In this document: one piece after another, positions 36,924 through 39,551 of the stretch | Position numbering within the stretch: position 1 is the stretch's first letter | How the letters are laid out: the number at the start of each line of letters is the position of its first letter | Assembly (NCBI RefSeq): GCF_004010195.1 | Contig: NC_057711.1 | Coordinates: 71,874,521-71,914,071 of the forward strand | DNA: 39,551 bases | Source of the DNA: Chiloscyllium plagiosum | Lineage: Eukaryota | Direction: 5' to 3' | The notes under the pieces: generated by a model | The model's input: only the letters and a program-made list of their open reading frames with translations | Told to the model about the DNA's origin: nothing | Databases searched by the model: none | Made by a program: the position numbers and the translations under genes

Positions 36924-37821
36924 CTAATAAACACACATTCACATGCAATTCATCTCATACTATCACTGTTCTCATTCTCCTCTATCATGTAGAGAGAGAG
37001 AGAGGTAGTTTTTAAATATCTAGTACTTATCTAAATCCTTTTCAATGTCAGTCCAAACGCATTCTGTATTCTGTGCTGCTGTAACTGGTTCTGTCTGTTT
37101 GTGTAAGTGTATCTCAGCATACACTATACCCTTGTTTGACAAGATGCAGTGTCAGTGCCTAATTAAGAATAAATCACGGGCCTCTGCTGCTTACTTCCCT
37201 CCTTTCCAGTTGATTGTGTTTTACATTAACTCAGCAGCAACTGAGGAGACAAAAGTGAGTGTGCAACAACCTGAAAGCCTTAATTTTTCATTTCCAGTAA
37301 CACTGACTGCTGATGTTTTTCTCGGCAGGAAAAGAATGTCAACTAGTGACAGTCATAATCTTCCATTTTGTGAGGCACGTCTTATGACTGCAGCTGTTTC
37401 TTGAGAGAACAATCACCAAACTGTCTTCATATAGTCACATCATATCTGAAAAATGTGCTCTTTTGCTACTTGCCACCTTGTGGTGTCCAAAAATAAAGTA
37501 CATTAGCATATTAATGAGCTCCACTTTCTGGGATTGGTAATTAACATTAAACTCCATTTTCAATCACATGATTTTAAAAAATTAAACGCATTCATATGCA
37601 AATTTGTCAAAAGACTCATTTTCTGATAAAAATGACAAAACTTTTTCATAGCAATTCAGGACGACTTTCAATTAGAGTAATCAAGTCAAGTCATACAAGT
37701 GGAAAGGTTCTCGACAATTTAAGTGGACCTTGTCTGTTTCACTAAGGTGCAGAATTTTTTTTTAAATGTCTGGCCTATGTTTGTTCAATTTGCAAAACAA
37801 TACTGGCATGATGGATGGTCA

Positions 37822-37947
37822 AATGGGAGAAAAGGGCAGGAAAGTGGAGCTGCAAGTTATCAGATCAGCCATGACCCTATTGTAGAGCAGGGCAGACTCA
37901 ATGGACTGAGTGGCCTCCTTCTGCTCCAACATTTTATGACCTTATAA
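37822..37947 (+). mobile_element. CR1 3' end
   Basis: ggaaagtggag...gatcagccatga...tggcctccttctgctcc. Confidence 0.8.
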
Positions 37948-38120
37948 GAACCTATTTGATATCCATGGCTGGATTTTATTATCCCTCATTCAGTGTGTTT
38001 GCAGCAGGGGCACGTAAACTAAATCAGGTGGTCATCCAATTCCCTTTTTCTCACACATGGTCCACTTTCTTTTCGACAGGGGGTGGGTAAGGTGCCTACT
38101 AGGCCTCCTGTCCACGGATT

Positions 38121-38492
38121 AGGGTGACACGGTGGCTCAGTGGTAGACACTGCTGCCTCACAATACCAAGCACCCAAGTTTGATTCCAGCCTCGGGTGAT
38201 TGTCTTTGTGAAGTTTGCACATTCTCTCCATGTCTGTGTGAATTTCCTCAGGTGCACCAGTTTCCTCCCTCAGTCCAAAAATGTGCATGTTAGGTGGATT
38301 GGTCATGTTAAATTACCCTGTGGTCACCATGAATGTGTAGGTTAGGTGGGTCAGACATGATAAATGTGAGGTTATGGGAATAAGTGGGGTGGGGGTAAGA
38401 GGGGTTGTCTTGGCCTGAGTGGGATGCTATTTGGAGTGTCAGTGAATAACTTGATGGACTGAATGGCCTCTTTTAGCACTGTAGGGATTCTG
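38121..38492 (+). mobile_element. HE1-type V-SINE
   Basis: Head ggtggctcagtggtagacactgctgcctca, B-box-like gtttgattcc, V-domain, tail gcactgtagggattct. Confidence 0.9.
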
Positions 38493-39225
38493 ATTATTTA
38501 CTGACATCCTTAGTAACCTACCTCCACTGTATCAAGTTGCTGAGCAGTGACAAGCAGACGAGATTTCAAAGGCCATTTTTAAAACTACTCATTTGAAATG
38601 ACAGGAAAGAAAGGAGGGGGAGAGATGCCATGTACCTCATGGTGTTAAACTCCAAGATGCAGCTCCTTGCCTGTTATTTGCCAGTTGGCCTTCAAGACCT
38701 GCCTCCCCACCTTCATCACCCTTTGCCTCTCCCTCTTCCCCTCCCACCCTAAATGCCTGGGACTTACCTCATTCTGGTCATCATTGCTGTTCTTCGTGAA
38801 GGTGCTTTAGTCCTGACAGTGTTGACGACTAAAGTTTGCTGCCAGGAATAGGATGTGCAAGACTGACCCTCAACCTGTTTTTGGAACACCGCTGTGTTAT
38901 TGCTGCATTCTGGATCAACGTCTCTTTTGGGGGTGGGATGAAGTGGTGTGCGGTACTCCTCACCATCAAAATCCTAACAGAGGGAAAGAGAGAGAAAAAC
39001 AATCCATATACAAGATTCCAGACTGAAGGAATATTAGGACCAGGAAATATCCTACCTGTTACACCAATGCTAAACTAAGAATTTACAAGTATGGGACAGC
39101 TGGAGGAGATTAAAGGCGAAACCTTCCAGGAAATAAAAAAGGAAGAAATTTCAAAACCAATATGTATCTTTAAAATGAACCAAATAGTTGAATCTTCCAC
39201 ATTTTGAATTGAATTTTGAGAATGG

Positions 39226-39551
39226 TAGACCATAAGACATAGGAGCGGAAGTAAGGCCATTTAGCCCATCGAGTCCACTCCGCCATTCAATCATGGCTGA
39301 TGGGCATTTCAACTCCATTTTCCCACATTCTCCTCGTAGCCCTTAATTCCTTTTGACATCAAGAATTTATGAATTTCTGCCTTGAAGACATTTAGCGTCC
39401 CAGCCTCCACTGCACTCTGTGGCAATGAATTCCACAGGCCCACCACTCTCTGGCTGAAGAAATGTCTCCGCATTTCTGTTCTGAATTTACCCCCTCTAAT
39501 TCTAAGGCTGTGTCCACGGGTCCTAGTCTCCTCACCTAACGGAAACAATTT
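39226..39551 (-). mobile_element. Young CR1 3' end (runs off the window)
   Basis: TRTRGHSLRIRGGKFRTEMRRHFFSQRVVGLWNSLPQ plus 3'UTR. Confidence 0.93.

Noticed and set aside
34752..38492. tRNA-like A/B-box sequences
   Set aside because: Heads of V-SINEs; no complete cloverleaf.

Overview
Eukaryotic (vertebrate) genomic DNA, very probably from a cartilaginous fish (inferred from HE1/V-SINEs, a DeuSINE-like SINE, CR1 tails and Penelope types), with a 682-nt assembly gap at 6681-7362. The window is dominated by transposable elements. An old hAT (Buster/Charlie-type) DNA transposon spans about 2.56-12.04 kb. Its transposase can be reassembled from four pieces interrupted by a near full-length CR1 LINE, a possible solo LTR, a young Penelope-like element (RT + GIY-YIG + hammerhead ribozyme) and further CR1 pieces. 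About ten short fold-back elements made from Penelope 3' ends are scattered across the window; they carry hammerhead-ribozyme cores and several have 13-14 bp target-site duplications. Rex1, L2, Gypsy-like remnants, a CpG-rich Tc1/pogo MITE and SINEs are also present. No complete host gene is visible. The best candidate is an unidentified terminal coding exon on the minus strand (36774-36923) with a basic C-terminus and a downstream AATAAA. All family assignments come from motif recognition by eye; no database search was run.
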